Part shown: positions 18,456 to 28,724 of the stretch, piece by piece
How positions within the stretch are numbered: position 1 is the first letter of the stretch
How the letters are laid out: each line of letters begins with the position of its first letter
Position numbers and translations under genes: made by a program
The notes under the pieces: model-generated
Database searches by the model: none
The model's input: only the letters and a program-made list of their open reading frames with translations
What the model was told of the DNA's origin: nothing
Origin: Candidatus Xenobia bacterium
GTDB lineage: Bacteria; Vulcanimicrobiota; Xenobia; Xenobiales; QWHO01
Direction: 5' to 3'
DNA length: 64,000 nucleotides
NCBI GenBank assembly: GCA_045863235.1
Contig: BTUM01000004.1
Location: 96,001 to 160,000, forward strand

Positions 18456-19805
18456 ATGGAGGAGGACCGCCAGAAAAAGCTCGAGGGGCTGCTGCGCAAA
18501 GCACGTCAGCGGATCCAGGAGCAGACCGCCGAGATCGCCCGCCTGCAAGAGCAGCTCCAGAGCCAGCAGCCGAGCGGCGGCGACCCCGAGCGCATCGCAC
18601 GTTTGGAAGAGACCTGCGTCAAGGCCCGGACCCGCCTCAAGCAACTGGTAGGCCGGCTCGAGAAGCGGGAGAGCGAGCTCGAGCAGGCTCAAACCCGCAT
18701 CAAGACGCTGGAAGCATCCCGCGGCGAAGGCAAGCGAGCGCCCGAGGATCAAGACCTGGCCCGCCAACTGGCCCTGGCCCAGGCCCGCATCAAGAAGCTG
18801 GAAGCGTCCCGGGCCCGTGTCAAGGAGCTGGAAGAGCAGAACGCCGACCTGGCTCGCCAGCTGGCTACAGCCAGAGCCCGCACCAGGAAGCCAGAAGCAT
18901 CCGGTGGTGAGGAAAAGCAGACCGGAGACCTGGCCAGTGCCCGTGCCCGCATCGAGGAGCTGGAAGCTGAGGCCCAGGAGCTGGCCGAAGCCCGCCTCCA
19001 GGAGCTGGAGGCGCAGGCCCAGGAACTGGCCCAAGCCAGGGCCCGCATCGAAGAGCTCGAAGCCCAGGCCGGCGGCGAAATTCTGGAATCCTGGGAAGGC
19101 ACCGACTCGCTCGGCGACCTGGCCCAGGCTCTGGATGAGCTGGCCAGCGCCCGGGCCCGCATCGAGGAGTTGGAGTCAGCCCCCCGCGAGGAGGGCGATC
19201 TGGGCCAGATGCAACAGCAACTGGCCCGAGCCCGGGTCCGCATCGAAGCGCTGGAGGCCCGCGAGCAAGATCTGGCCGACGCTTGCCAGGATCTGGTCGA
19301 GGCCAGAAAACGCATCGCCGAGTTGGAAGGACAGGCCGACCTGGAGCTGACCCGAGAGCTGGCCAGCGCTCGGGCTCGCATCGCCGAACTGGAAGGCCAG
19401 AGCCAGCAGGGCTCGGAGGTACAAGCCCTGGAACAGCTCATCAACTGGCGCGACTCCGAGATCGCCGAGCTGAAGACCGAACTGGAGCGAGCGCGCATCG
19501 AGGCTCCCCTGCCAGCTGGCAGCCTCGACTCAGCGCGACTCAATGAGTTACTCGGACAACTCGAGGCAGCTCGGCAGGCCGCTTCCGACAACCGCGCCGC
19601 CCTGGAAGCAGCCACGGTGCGAGCCGCTGCCAACGAGCACGAGCTGCGCAACAAGTTGACTCAGCTGCAGACCGAGAGCCGGGCCCGGCTGGAGAAGGAA
19701 ATGGAGCAGAACGATCTGTGCGTCGCCCGCCTCGAGCAAGAAATCAAAGAGCGCGACAGGCGCCTGGCCGAGCTGGAGCGGAAGCTGGCCAATCCGACAA
19801 CCTGA
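18456..19805 (+). CDS. Coiled-coil protein with about 11 LAxARARIxELE repeats
   Basis: Repeats visible in protein and DNA; start may be 18384. Confidence 0.8.
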   Translation: MEEDRQKKLEGLLRKARQRIQEQTAEIARLQEQLQSQQPSGGDPERIARLEETCVKARTRLKQLVGRLEKRESELEQAQTRIKTLEASRGEGKRAPEDQDLARQLALAQARIKKLEASRARVKELEEQNADLARQLATARARTRKPEASGGEEKQTGDLASARARIEELEAEAQELAEARLQELEAQAQELAQARARIEELEAQAGGEILESWEGTDSLGDLAQALDELASARARIEELESAPREEGDLGQMQQQLARARVRIEALEAREQDLADACQDLVEARKRIAELEGQADLELTRELASARARIAELEGQSQQGSEVQALEQLINWRDSEIAELKTELERARIEAPLPAGSLDSARLNELLGQLEAARQAASDNRAALEAATVRAAANEHELRNKLTQLQTESRARLEKEMEQNDLCVARLEQEIKERDRRLAELERKLANPTT

Positions 19806-19812
19806 CCGAGCC

Positions 19813-20145
19813 TCAGTCAGCCAGGATCTTCTGCAACTCCCAGCGATCCAGCCACATGCCCCGGCAGGTGGGGCACACATCCACCTGGGTGGAGCGCCAT
19901 TCCCACTCCTTCATGACGACGTGGCAGCGTGGGCACTTGCGCTGGCCGGGGGGAACCGTCTTGCGCGAGTCATCGAAGGCCAGCGGTTGGAGAGCGTTCT
20001 TGGGCAGCGAGGCCAGAGTGACCAGCAGCTCCGGCTCACCGTCGTCGAACCAGAGCCCGTCGCACAGCTCGCACTCGTCGAGTACCAGGTCGCCCAATCG
20101 AACCTCGCGCAGAGGCACCAGGCAGGTGGGGCACTCGATGTTCAT
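19813..20145 (-). CDS. Tandem zf-TFIIB-type Zn-ribbon protein
   Basis: Two CPxC...CxxCxGxWxDxxE units; ATGA overlap with the ATPase stop. Confidence 0.88.
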   Translation of the reverse strand: MNIECPTCLVPLREVRLGDLVLDECELCDGLWFDDGEPELLVTLASLPKNALQPLAFDDSRKTVPPGQRKCPRCHVVMKEWEWRSTQVDVCPTCRGMWLDRWELQKILAD

Positions 20146-23100
20146 TCAGGCGACTTCCTGGGAGTTTTGGCTTTGGAGGCAGCCACCTCGGGAGGCGGCT
20201 CCTCCAGCGGGCTGAGCGCCTCCACGCACTCGGTCAGGTTGGTGGCCGCCATCAGGCCGTCGAAGACGCGCACCAGCACCGGATCCATCACCAGAGCCTT
20301 GGATTTGGGCCCGCGCACCAGCTGAGCCAGGGCCTTGAGCTGGGGCACGACGCGCACGAACGAGTCCAGGGCCCCCGGGCCGAGGTTGAGCTGGGGCACC
20401 ACCTCGGGCGCCAGAACCACGGGTTGAGAGGAGGCCACGCCCGCCACGGGAGCCGAAGCCGCCGGCCGCTCGGCCAGCCGGGCCAGAGCCTCGCTCATTT
20501 TGTCCAGCACCGGGGAGAGGTCCACGGGAGCAGCAGGGGCGGCGGCCGCCGCCGGGGGAGCCGAGGAGGCCAGCCGGTTCAAGGACTGCCCCAGCTTCTC
20601 CAGCACCGGACCCATGTCCACCTGGGCCGGGCGCTGCTCCGCCAGCTTCTCCAGCAGGCCCGACACCGGAGCCGGTTTCTCGCTGGCATACTCGATGCTC
20701 TGGGAGATGTCGCCCAGCTTCTCGGCCAGCACGCTGAGCAAGTTCGAGATGCGCACGGCCGGGTCGTCGTCCTTGCCGCCGGTCATCTGGCGGCGCTGGT
20801 AACCGCGCTTGATCTCGTCCCAGCGGGCCAGTTGCTCGGGACTCTGGCGGCCACGCAGCTCGGCCAGCTTGAGCAGGTTCTGCTCGGCCCCCGTGGTCAG
20901 GGTCTGGGACTCGCCCTGGTAGTGGTCGTCCACCAGGCGCTCGAGCTCGTCCTCGTTCATCACCGACGAGACCTTCTCGGCCAGCTTGTTCATGTTGCGG
21001 TAGCTGCCCTGCAGCTTGAAGGCCGGCTCGGTGCGATAGGCGTCGTCCATGCTGGCGGACAGGATGTACTGCTTGTTGATACGCAGCAGCACGGCCTGGA
21101 TCTTGAGCAGCTTGGTCAGCACCGAGCGTAGCTCTTCCAGCTCGACCGGCGAATAGGAATGGCTGAGCTCGCTGGGGGGGATCATCTCCCCCTGGGCCAT
21201 GCGCACCAGCTTGTACACGTCCTCGGGCTCACGCCCCGAAAGCGGTGCCAGCACGGGGTTGGAGGTCAGAGCGTTCTCCAGGTAGCTCAGCTCGAACAGC
21301 TCCTCGCGACCCGACAGCACGTCGCCCAGGTTGTAGGTGTCGGCGCGGTTGGCCAGCATGTCGGGGATCTGAAAGCGCGCTCCCGACTCGGTGTAAGGGT
21401 TGCCGGCCATGCAGACGCAGAAGCGCTTGCCACGCAGGTCATAGGTGCGTGTGCGACCCAGCCAGACGCCCTCGATCTTGCGCTGGGCGTCGCACAGCGA
21501 GATGAACTTCTGCAAGAACTCGGGATTGGTGTGCTGGATGTCGTCGATGTAGAGCAGCACGTTGTTGCCCATCTCCAGGCCGAAGTTGACCTTCTCGACC
21601 TCCTGGCGGGCGGTCACGTTGGGGGCCTCGTTGGGGTCGAGCGAGCTGACCGCATGGCCCAGCGCCGGCCCGTTCACCTTGACGAAAATGAGGCCCAGCC
21701 GGTTGGCGATGTACTCCATCAGGGTGGTCTTGCCGTAGCCAGGGGGCGAGATCAGCAAGAGCATGCCCATCAGGTCGGTCCGCTTGGTCTCGCCTAGCGA
21801 GCCGATCTGCTTGGCCAGGTTCTCGCCGATGAGGGGCAGGTAGACGTCGTTGATGAGCTTGTTGCGCACGAAGGCGCTCATCACTTTGGGCGTGTATTCG
21901 TCCATCCGAAGGCGCGCACGCTCGCGGGCCAGCACGCCCAGCCGCTTCTCCTGATACGCCCGAAAACCGGGCACGCGCTGGCTGCGGAAGCCCCCCAGCC
22001 GGGTCAAGAACTCGTCCAGGCGAAGCTGCATGACCCGGTTCTGGATGCGCGCGTGCTGGCCCAGCAGGCCCTGAACCGTCGCCGTGGTGGCGGCGCTGAC
22101 GGTCTCTCGCTCCAGGCCCGGGGTCAGCAAGAGCACGGCCATCTCTTCTTGCACGTGCTCGGCCCGGCCGGCCTCCTTGAGCCGACCGACGAAGGCTCGC
22201 ACCCAGGAGAGGGCCAGCTCGTAGCGGCGGGCAGGATCGGCCTGCAGGGCGACCAGTTGCTCGCTCAGAGCGGTGTAGAGGCGCTGGCCTTCCAGGGCCT
22301 TGATGAAGGCGTCGCGCAGGGCCGCCGCGTCGCCGCTCAGGATGAAGCGGGGCTGCGGCCTGGCCAGCTCGAGCAAGAGGTAGCTGCCTGCCTGCTCGGC
22401 TTCCTGAGGCGAGAGCTCGAGCTTGTGCAGCACGCACAGCTCGCCGATGCGCTCGCCCAGCTCGCGGGCCAGCTTCTCCTCGGCCTCGCTGGGCCCGAAC
22501 ATCTTGCGCATCAAGGCCAGACTCTGGGCCTGGCGATGCCAGTGCTCGCCTTCGGCGGCCTGGTTGCTCCAGAAGTAGACGCCGGCCGCCCGGGCGGCCG
22601 GCGAGAAGCGCAGCAGGCCGGCTGAGCTGTAGAGGTAGAGCAAGCTCTCCAGAATCAGGGCCGCGTCGTGGTCGTGAATACCGCGCTCGTAGCCCTCGTC
22701 GTAGCGCTCGGCCGCCACCCCCCGCACCAGCTCGAGCAGCCCCGGGTGCACGTCGCCGTCGGGCCGGGTGGCCCCCGAGCGCAGCGTGTCGTAGAGCTTG
22801 CTCATCGAGCCCTTCTCGGCCTGGCTGAGGATGCTGAAAGCCAGATACTCGCCCCGGTAGACCTGCTCCGTCTCGCTGACCAGCTGCTGCTCCCAGAACT
22901 CGCGGGTGGACTCGAAGTCGCTGTCATGCAGGCTCTGGTAGAAGTCGGTGCCGGTGATGTGCAGGTGCATCACCCCTTCGCGCGGCACCATGGTCAGCTC
23001 GACCGCCTCGGTATTGACCGAGAACTTGTGCCGACCCAGCCGGATGACGTTGGCGCCCTCCTCGTAGATCTCGGTCTTGTCTCGCAGGGTCCGGGTGGAC

Positions 23101-25640
23101 TCCTGGCGGGCCATCTTGAGGCGCGAGGCCAGCTCGTCGGCCTTAACCGGATCGCCCAGCTCGCGCAGCTTCTCCTCGATGTCGCGCACCTTCATCACCA
23201 TCGGGTCGCTGGCGAAGTAGGTGTTCAGATCGTCAGGCGAGGTCATGGTGCCCGAGCGGCGCACGATGCCCTCCAGAATGCGGTCGGCCGCTCCGATCAG
23301 TTGCTGGGCTCGGCGCTGACGCTGATCCAACAGCTGCTGGCGCTTGGTGGAGAGGGTCTTGTAGACGTCCTCGCGCTTGGTGGTCAGCTCGCCCATGAAC
23401 TGCTCGTACTCTCCGAAGCGAGCCTCGAGCTCCTCGAGCTGCAGCATCAGGCGTGAGAGGGCCTGATCGCACTTTTCGGGCGAGTCGGCCAGGTTGATGG
23501 CGCTGGTGACGCTCTGGCCGAAGAGCTGGAACTGCACCCCGAACTCGGCCACCGACTCCTTCTCGCCCAGCTCCTTGCGGCGGGAAGCCATGAGGGCCCG
23601 CACCCGGTTGACCTGGCCGAGTACTTCGGCGATGCGCTCGAGAATCTGGGTGCGCACGGTGGCATCCTCGATCTTGATGCTGCCCAGCACCTCGGTGAGC
23701 AGCTCCAGCCCACTCCCGATCTTCTCCAGCTCTTCCACCAGAGGCACCAGCTCGGTGACCTTGGCCACCTTCTCCAGCCCTGAGCCCAGCTCCTCAACCC
23801 GCTTGACATAGGGGGCGAAGGCCTGCTCACCCAGCAGGAACTGAACCGCTCTGGCGCTGATCTGATCGTAATAGCCGATGGCCTCTTGCTCGAGCCGGTT
23901 CAGCTCGGCCAGGTCAGCATAGCGCATCTCCTTGAGGGTGATCAGATGCCCACGCTGGCGGCGCAGCGAGCCCAGCGCTTCCACATAGGAGTCCACGCTG
24001 GTCCAGTCTTCCGGGCGCAGCGACTTGACCAGGTCGAGCATGGTCTGCTGGGCCTCGCGCAAGGCTTTGAGCGCCTGGCGGCGCAGGGTCTCGACTTTGT
24101 CGAACTCCTCCAGCACCAGCTTGCCGGTCTTGCCGATCTCCTTGAGCAGGGCCAGCACGTTGCCCGACTCCTCGTGGCCCAGCCAGTGGTAGAAGTCCTC
24201 GCAGCGGGCCACGGAGGCGATCAGGTCCTCGTAGACGGTGTAGCTCGGCCTCTGCTCGTTGACCCGACGGGCGATGGAGAGGCAGTCGGAGATTCCCCGC
24301 ACGAGATCGGCGTTACCGATCTTCTCGAGGTAGCTGCCTGTCTTGCTCACCGCGCTGGCGGCCACGTCGTCGCGCAGGAAGGGGGTGCGCCAGATCTGCA
24401 TCGGATGCACCCGGGCCGGCTCCTCGTTCGCCATGCGGAAGACGACGAGCAGGCCATCGGGGTAAAGGCAGTAGCCGTGGCAGTGGATGGGGGGAGCTAC
24501 CTCCTTGCGGATCAGGTTGTAGCTCATCAGCGCCGTGTGGCCTTTGTCGAGATGATGGAAGGAGTAGAGAACGTCCTCCCCGTTGGGCGAGCGGATGGCC
24601 TTTTCGAGGATCATCCCGTCAAAGGAGCCCTCGAAGGTGCGCAGGGTTCCCTCCTGCAGGTAGAAGCCGCCTGGGAAGACGATGCCGTGGTCTTCAGGGA
24701 GTTGCACGCAGGCCTGCCCGATCGCATCGATGCGGTGGACTTCCTTGGTGCGGGTGTTGAAGACCAGGTAACGCCAGACTTGCTCGCGATAGGGCAGGAT
24801 CTTGAGCAAGATGAGCACGCCCACTTTGGCATACAGGATCTGAGCGTCCTGCAGCGCCTGGTTGGGATCGTCCACCTTCTCGGAGTAGATCCCCTGGCCG
24901 TCCTCGGTGTTGTTCTCGATCTTGACGGTCAGGTCGCCCCCCACCGTCTCCACGAACACCTCGTCTAAGATGTTGACGTGGGGGTGGCGCCCGGTCACAT
25001 GCTGCTCGCGGCTGGTGACCGTCCACTCGAAGTCGTGGGAGTGAGGGAAAGTATTGTCCTGCTCGCCGCGATTGTCGACGTACTCGGCCTTGCCATCGGG
25101 GGAGACCTTCCAGCGCAGAACCCGCACGTCGGTGATCTGGCTGCCAATCACGAACACCGCCAGCACCTTGCCCAGAATCTGGCGAACATGCAGCATGCGG
25201 GCGTTCTTGTAGTATTTGAAGAGCTCCTTGAAGTCGCGCTCGAGCAGAGGGTGGTTGAGCATGGAGCCGGGCGCGTCGGGCGCTACCGGCACGAAGTCGT
25301 AGCCGCCCTCTTCGGTTCTGACGAAGTCGTAGAGCGAGAGCACGTCGGGCAGCGGTGTCTCGGCCTTGCGACCGTACTGGACCTCGTAGCCCACCAGCAG
25401 CTGGTTGCCCACCGAGACGATGTCGCGCGGCAGGCAGTTCTGCTCGGTGCGGATCTTCTCGTTGCCCACCACAGCCATCTCCATGCCCCCGAACAGAGCC
25501 ACGCGTTTGGAGTTGAGCTCCTCCACGCGGTTCTTGAGGACTTTGGCCTGCTCCACCAGGCGGGCGCGCAGAATCTCGTAGGCGCCCTGCTCGATCTGCG
25601 GCGGAGCCTCAGGTGGGGTGGTGGTGACCTCTTCCGCCAT
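20142..25640 (-). CDS. Giant AAA-type ATPase ('DNA repair ATPase', DUF3686-like family), 1832 aa
   Basis: Walker A SPPGYGKT, Walker B LLYIDD, AGNPYTESG, FKLQGSYRNMNK; N-terminal VFVETVGGDLTVKIENNT. Confidence 0.9.
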   Translation of the reverse strand: MAEEVTTTPPEAPPQIEQGAYEILRARLVEQAKVLKNRVEELNSKRVALFGGMEMAVVGNEKIRTEQNCLPRDIVSVGNQLLVGYEVQYGRKAETPLPDVLSLYDFVRTEEGGYDFVPVAPDAPGSMLNHPLLERDFKELFKYYKNARMLHVRQILGKVLAVFVIGSQITDVRVLRWKVSPDGKAEYVDNRGEQDNTFPHSHDFEWTVTSREQHVTGRHPHVNILDEVFVETVGGDLTVKIENNTEDGQGIYSEKVDDPNQALQDAQILYAKVGVLILLKILPYREQVWRYLVFNTRTKEVHRIDAIGQACVQLPEDHGIVFPGGFYLQEGTLRTFEGSFDGMILEKAIRSPNGEDVLYSFHHLDKGHTALMSYNLIRKEVAPPIHCHGYCLYPDGLLVVFRMANEEPARVHPMQIWRTPFLRDDVAASAVSKTGSYLEKIGNADLVRGISDCLSIARRVNEQRPSYTVYEDLIASVARCEDFYHWLGHEESGNVLALLKEIGKTGKLVLEEFDKVETLRRQALKALREAQQTMLDLVKSLRPEDWTSVDSYVEALGSLRRQRGHLITLKEMRYADLAELNRLEQEAIGYYDQISARAVQFLLGEQAFAPYVKRVEELGSGLEKVAKVTELVPLVEELEKIGSGLELLTEVLGSIKIEDATVRTQILERIAEVLGQVNRVRALMASRRKELGEKESVAEFGVQFQLFGQSVTSAINLADSPEKCDQALSRLMLQLEELEARFGEYEQFMGELTTKREDVYKTLSTKRQQLLDQRQRRAQQLIGAADRILEGIVRRSGTMTSPDDLNTYFASDPMVMKVRDIEEKLRELGDPVKADELASRLKMARQESTRTLRDKTEIYEEGANVIRLGRHKFSVNTEAVELTMVPREGVMHLHITGTDFYQSLHDSDFESTREFWEQQLVSETEQVYRGEYLAFSILSQAEKGSMSKLYDTLRSGATRPDGDVHPGLLELVRGVAAERYDEGYERGIHDHDAALILESLLYLYSSAGLLRFSPAARAAGVYFWSNQAAEGEHWHRQAQSLALMRKMFGPSEAEEKLARELGERIGELCVLHKLELSPQEAEQAGSYLLLELARPQPRFILSGDAAALRDAFIKALEGQRLYTALSEQLVALQADPARRYELALSWVRAFVGRLKEAGRAEHVQEEMAVLLLTPGLERETVSAATTATVQGLLGQHARIQNRVMQLRLDEFLTRLGGFRSQRVPGFRAYQEKRLGVLARERARLRMDEYTPKVMSAFVRNKLINDVYLPLIGENLAKQIGSLGETKRTDLMGMLLLISPPGYGKTTLMEYIANRLGLIFVKVNGPALGHAVSSLDPNEAPNVTARQEVEKVNFGLEMGNNVLLYIDDIQHTNPEFLQKFISLCDAQRKIEGVWLGRTRTYDLRGKRFCVCMAGNPYTESGARFQIPDMLANRADTYNLGDVLSGREELFELSYLENALTSNPVLAPLSGREPEDVYKLVRMAQGEMIPPSELSHSYSPVELEELRSVLTKLLKIQAVLLRINKQYILSASMDDAYRTEPAFKLQGSYRNMNKLAEKVSSVMNEDELERLVDDHYQGESQTLTTGAEQNLLKLAELRGRQSPEQLARWDEIKRGYQRRQMTGGKDDDPAVRISNLLSVLAEKLGDISQSIEYASEKPAPVSGLLEKLAEQRPAQVDMGPVLEKLGQSLNRLASSAPPAAAAAPAAPVDLSPVLDKMSEALARLAERPAASAPVAGVASSQPVVLAPEVVPQLNLGPGALDSFVRVVPQLKALAQLVRGPKSKALVMDPVLVRVFDGLMAATNLTECVEALSPLEEPPPEVAASKAKTPRKSPE

Positions 25641-25643
25641 CGA

Positions 25644-27818
25644 TCAGCCCTGAGGCGGGGCCGGACGGGGAGCGCGCGGCGCCACCGGGGCCGCCGGGGC
25701 GGCCGGAGGCAGAGCCTCCATGCCCAGGCTGCGGGCCAGCTCCATCAGCTTGGCCTGGTCGGTGCCCCCGCTTTTCTTGATGAGCGAAGCCAGCAGCGAG
25801 GACACGCTCAGGTTCTTGAGGTCCTCCGAGCTCATCGAGGGGTTGGACAGGATGTCCTTGAGGTCCTTGGCCAGACTCCTCTCGCCGTTCATGTAGTCGC
25901 CCAGCATGGCCTTGGCGGCGTCAGAGTGCTGCATGAAGCGGTCCATGGACTTACTCATCGAGATGGCCCCGAAGATGCGGTCGAGCATGGCCCCGTCGCC
26001 GCCCACGATGTCGATCTTGGCCGACTTGAAGACCTCGGCCATGACCTTGGCCTGGGCCTCGGCCAGCTCTTTCTGGGTCTTGAGCGACTCCAGCGCGATG
26101 ATGCGCTGGTTCTCGAGCTCGAGGCGATACTCTTCGTGGCGCCGCGAGACGTCGTCTAAGGCCTTCATGGCCTTGGCCTTCTCGGACAAACCGGCCGCCT
26201 CGGCCAGCAGCTTCTTCTGGATGGCCTGGGCGTCGGCCTCGGCCCGGGCGGCGGCCACAGAGGCTTCGGCCATGCCCACTTTGTGGCGCGACTCAGCTTC
26301 GGCTTCGGCCTGGGCCTTCTTGATGGAGGCCTCCACCATTCCCAGCTTCTCGTTGGCCGGCGCCTGAGCTTCCTTGACGCGCACCTCGGCCATGCCCTGC
26401 TTCTCGAAGGCCAGGGTCTCGGCTTCCTGAACTTTGGCTTTGGCCAGGCCCTCGGCCGCTCTCTCAGCCTGAACGCCCTCCGACATGCGCACCTTGGCCT
26501 GGGCTTCCTTGTCGGCCGCAGCCAGCTCAGCCTCGGCCAGGGTCAGGCGCTGCTTGGCCGTAAGCCGGGCCACCGCCTCGGCCGCCTCGGCCTGCTTGAT
26601 CTGCTGGGTGGCCTGCTCCTCGGCCCTGGCCTCGGCGGCGATCACGACCGAATCCTTGCTGCGCTTGGACTCTTCCTGCACGCGCAGGGTCTTGATGCGC
26701 TCTTCTTCCTCGACCACGTTCTTCTCCACCGCGATACGCTGGCGAATGACCTCCTGAATCTCCTTGCGCTCTTCCTCGAGGGCCTTCTCCTTGGCGATGC
26801 GCATCAGCTCGACCTCGCGCTCTTGCTCGATGGCCTTGAGGTTGATCTCCTTCTGGGCGATCTGCTTCTCGAGGTTGACCACGCGCTGGCGATTGGCGTT
26901 GGCCACCTCGATCTCGCGGTGCTTGTTCTCCTCCATCACCTGGATCTCGCGTTCGGCCTCGATGCGAGCGGCCTCGGCCTTCTTGCGCTCCTCGGCCTGG
27001 ATTTTGGCGATCTCTGCCTCGCCCCGGGCGCGAGCCGACTCGACCTCCAGGGTCTGGCGGGTCTGGGCGTCGGCCTGCAGGCGATCCTGCTCCATGATGA
27101 TGGCGTTGGCCTCGACGTCCTGGGTCTTGATGCGCTTTTTCTCCTCGTTGAGCAGGTAGTTGGTCTGCACGCGCTGCTCGTGGGTGATCTCGGTGATCTT
27201 GCGAATACCCTCGGCGTCCATGATGTTGGTCTCATCGAGCGCCGTCAGGGGCGTTTGCTCGAGGTAATCGATGGCCACGTCCTCGAGCACGTAGCCGTTC
27301 AGGTCCTCGCCGATGACACCGCGCACCATGTCGCGAAACTCGGTGCGGCGGGTGTAGAGCTCGGCGAAGTCGTGGCTCTTGCCTGCCGTCTTGAGGGCCT
27401 CGGAGAACTTGGCCTCGAACAGGTCCTCCAGGGTGCGCGGGTCGGAGGCCCGGGCGCAACCGAGAGACTGGGCCACTTCGAGCACGTCCTCCACGGTCTT
27501 GTTGACGCGCACGAAGAACATCACGCGGATGTCGGCCCGGATGTTGTCTTTGCAGATCAGGCCCTCTTTACCGCGGCGATCGATGTCGATGGTCTTGACC
27601 GAGATATCCATCATCTCTGCCTTATCGAACAGCGGCATCACCCGGGCGCCGGTAAAGACCACCTGCGGGTCCTTCTGGCCCTTGCGGTTGATGATCAGCG
27701 CTTTGCCCTGCTCCACCCGAATGTAGAAGCGGGCCTCGGCCAGCGTCCACACCAGCCACAGAAAGAGCAGCGAGCCCACCAGGCCGCCCCCGATGATGAG
27801 CATGGTGATCAGTTCCAC
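25644..27818 (-). CDS. SPFH/flotillin family protein (YqiK-like)
   Basis: N-terminal TM; GLICKDNIRADI, FSEALKT, IDYLEQT; long AE-rich coiled coil. Confidence 0.92.
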   Translation of the reverse strand: MELITMLIIGGGLVGSLLFLWLVWTLAEARFYIRVEQGKALIINRKGQKDPQVVFTGARVMPLFDKAEMMDISVKTIDIDRRGKEGLICKDNIRADIRVMFFVRVNKTVEDVLEVAQSLGCARASDPRTLEDLFEAKFSEALKTAGKSHDFAELYTRRTEFRDMVRGVIGEDLNGYVLEDVAIDYLEQTPLTALDETNIMDAEGIRKITEITHEQRVQTNYLLNEEKKRIKTQDVEANAIIMEQDRLQADAQTRQTLEVESARARGEAEIAKIQAEERKKAEAARIEAEREIQVMEENKHREIEVANANRQRVVNLEKQIAQKEINLKAIEQEREVELMRIAKEKALEEERKEIQEVIRQRIAVEKNVVEEEERIKTLRVQEESKRSKDSVVIAAEARAEEQATQQIKQAEAAEAVARLTAKQRLTLAEAELAAADKEAQAKVRMSEGVQAERAAEGLAKAKVQEAETLAFEKQGMAEVRVKEAQAPANEKLGMVEASIKKAQAEAEAESRHKVGMAEASVAAARAEADAQAIQKKLLAEAAGLSEKAKAMKALDDVSRRHEEYRLELENQRIIALESLKTQKELAEAQAKVMAEVFKSAKIDIVGGDGAMLDRIFGAISMSKSMDRFMQHSDAAKAMLGDYMNGERSLAKDLKDILSNPSMSSEDLKNLSVSSLLASLIKKSGGTDQAKLMELARSLGMEALPPAAPAAPVAPRAPRPAPPQG

Positions 27819-27878
27819 GTCCCCGAACCTCCCTTACCGTCTCGACAAGCATGGATCGCTTCGCGCCACCGCGAAGCC

Positions 27879-28502
27879 TCAACTCTTTCGCCGCGACTTC
27901 ACCGGGGCGGCCAGGAATACCCCCCGCCCCTCGTCATAGTCAAACAGCAGCACATCGCTTCCTGAGGAAAGCTCTTGCTCGGCATACTGCTCGCCGAGCC
28001 GCGCCTCGACCAGGATCTTCCCGCCGTCTCGAAGCTCCACCGCGCCCACGACGCTGGTGAGGCAGCCCGAGCGCACCCGACCGACTTTGCCCACCAGCGA
28101 GCGCCTCCGAGTTGCCATCGGAGCCTCGCGGCGGGGCACCATCCGGCGGGCCAGCCACACGGCCGGCCAGAGCACCCCCAGCAGCACCCCCAGCAAGACC
28201 AGGGAGCCCCAACCAGCCGAAAGGGGCCCTGCCGAGAGCGAGACCAGGCAGGTCGCCCCCCAGCCCAACAGCGCTACCAACGTCAAAACCGGCGCCAGCG
28301 GCAGAGCGGCCAGGCCCAGGTCCTCCAATAGCCGCTCCAGATGAAGGTCATGCTCGAGGAAGTCCGGGATGCCGTTGTGGTCAAGGTCAGCCGCACCAAG
28401 CAGGCCACCGAGCAGCACCACCATCCAGTACACGAGCAACAGCGCCAGCAGGCCCGAGAAGATCACCGTCGGATAGGTCGTGACCGTCTGGAGAAGCTCC
28501 AC
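27879..28502 (-). CDS. YqiJ/NfeD-like membrane protein with C-terminal OB fold
   Basis: 3 TM helices; LVGKVGRVRSG...VLLFDYD; upstream of flotillin; GGAGG RBS. Confidence 0.8.
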   Translation of the reverse strand: MELLQTVTTYPTVIFSGLLALLLVYWMVVLLGGLLGAADLDHNGIPDFLEHDLHLERLLEDLGLAALPLAPVLTLVALLGWGATCLVSLSAGPLSAGWGSLVLLGVLLGVLWPAVWLARRMVPRREAPMATRRRSLVGKVGRVRSGCLTSVVGAVELRDGGKILVEARLGEQYAEQELSSGSDVLLFDYDEGRGVFLAAPVKSRRKS

Positions 28503-28524
28503 GTCTCACACCTCCCTGTCTGTC

Positions 28525-28552
28525 TGTGAGCAAACTCACATTCAGTGTATCA
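28525..28552 (-). promoter_or_regulatory. Perfect TGTGA-N6-TCACA operator (28525-28540) just downstream of extended -10 TGaTACACT
   Basis: TGTGAGCAAACTCACA read directly; -10 at 28544-28549 on the minus strand. Confidence 0.7.
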
Positions 28553-28724
28553 GCTCGGTGGTTTCCACCCGGGGAACAGGCCGACGGACGGTTGCCCTTT
28601 CGCCTGGTGGCGTGCTCCTCCTCGCATCCTGCAGATCACTCGATCTGGACTGACGAGAAGGCTCACGAAGTTTCTGGAAGTCGCGCGGGGGGTCCTGTTG
28701 AATTTCCTTCTCGCACGGGCCCTG

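Noticed and set aside
20142..25640. DNA-repair function for the giant ATPase
   Set aside because: No nuclease, helicase or SMC signature seen; context is membrane SPFH genes.
26283..27965. Long antisense or alternate-frame ORFs (e.g. 26283-27965, 29776-31494, 31992-33611, 42582-44753)
   Set aside because: Shadow ORFs opposite well-supported genes, expected at high GC.
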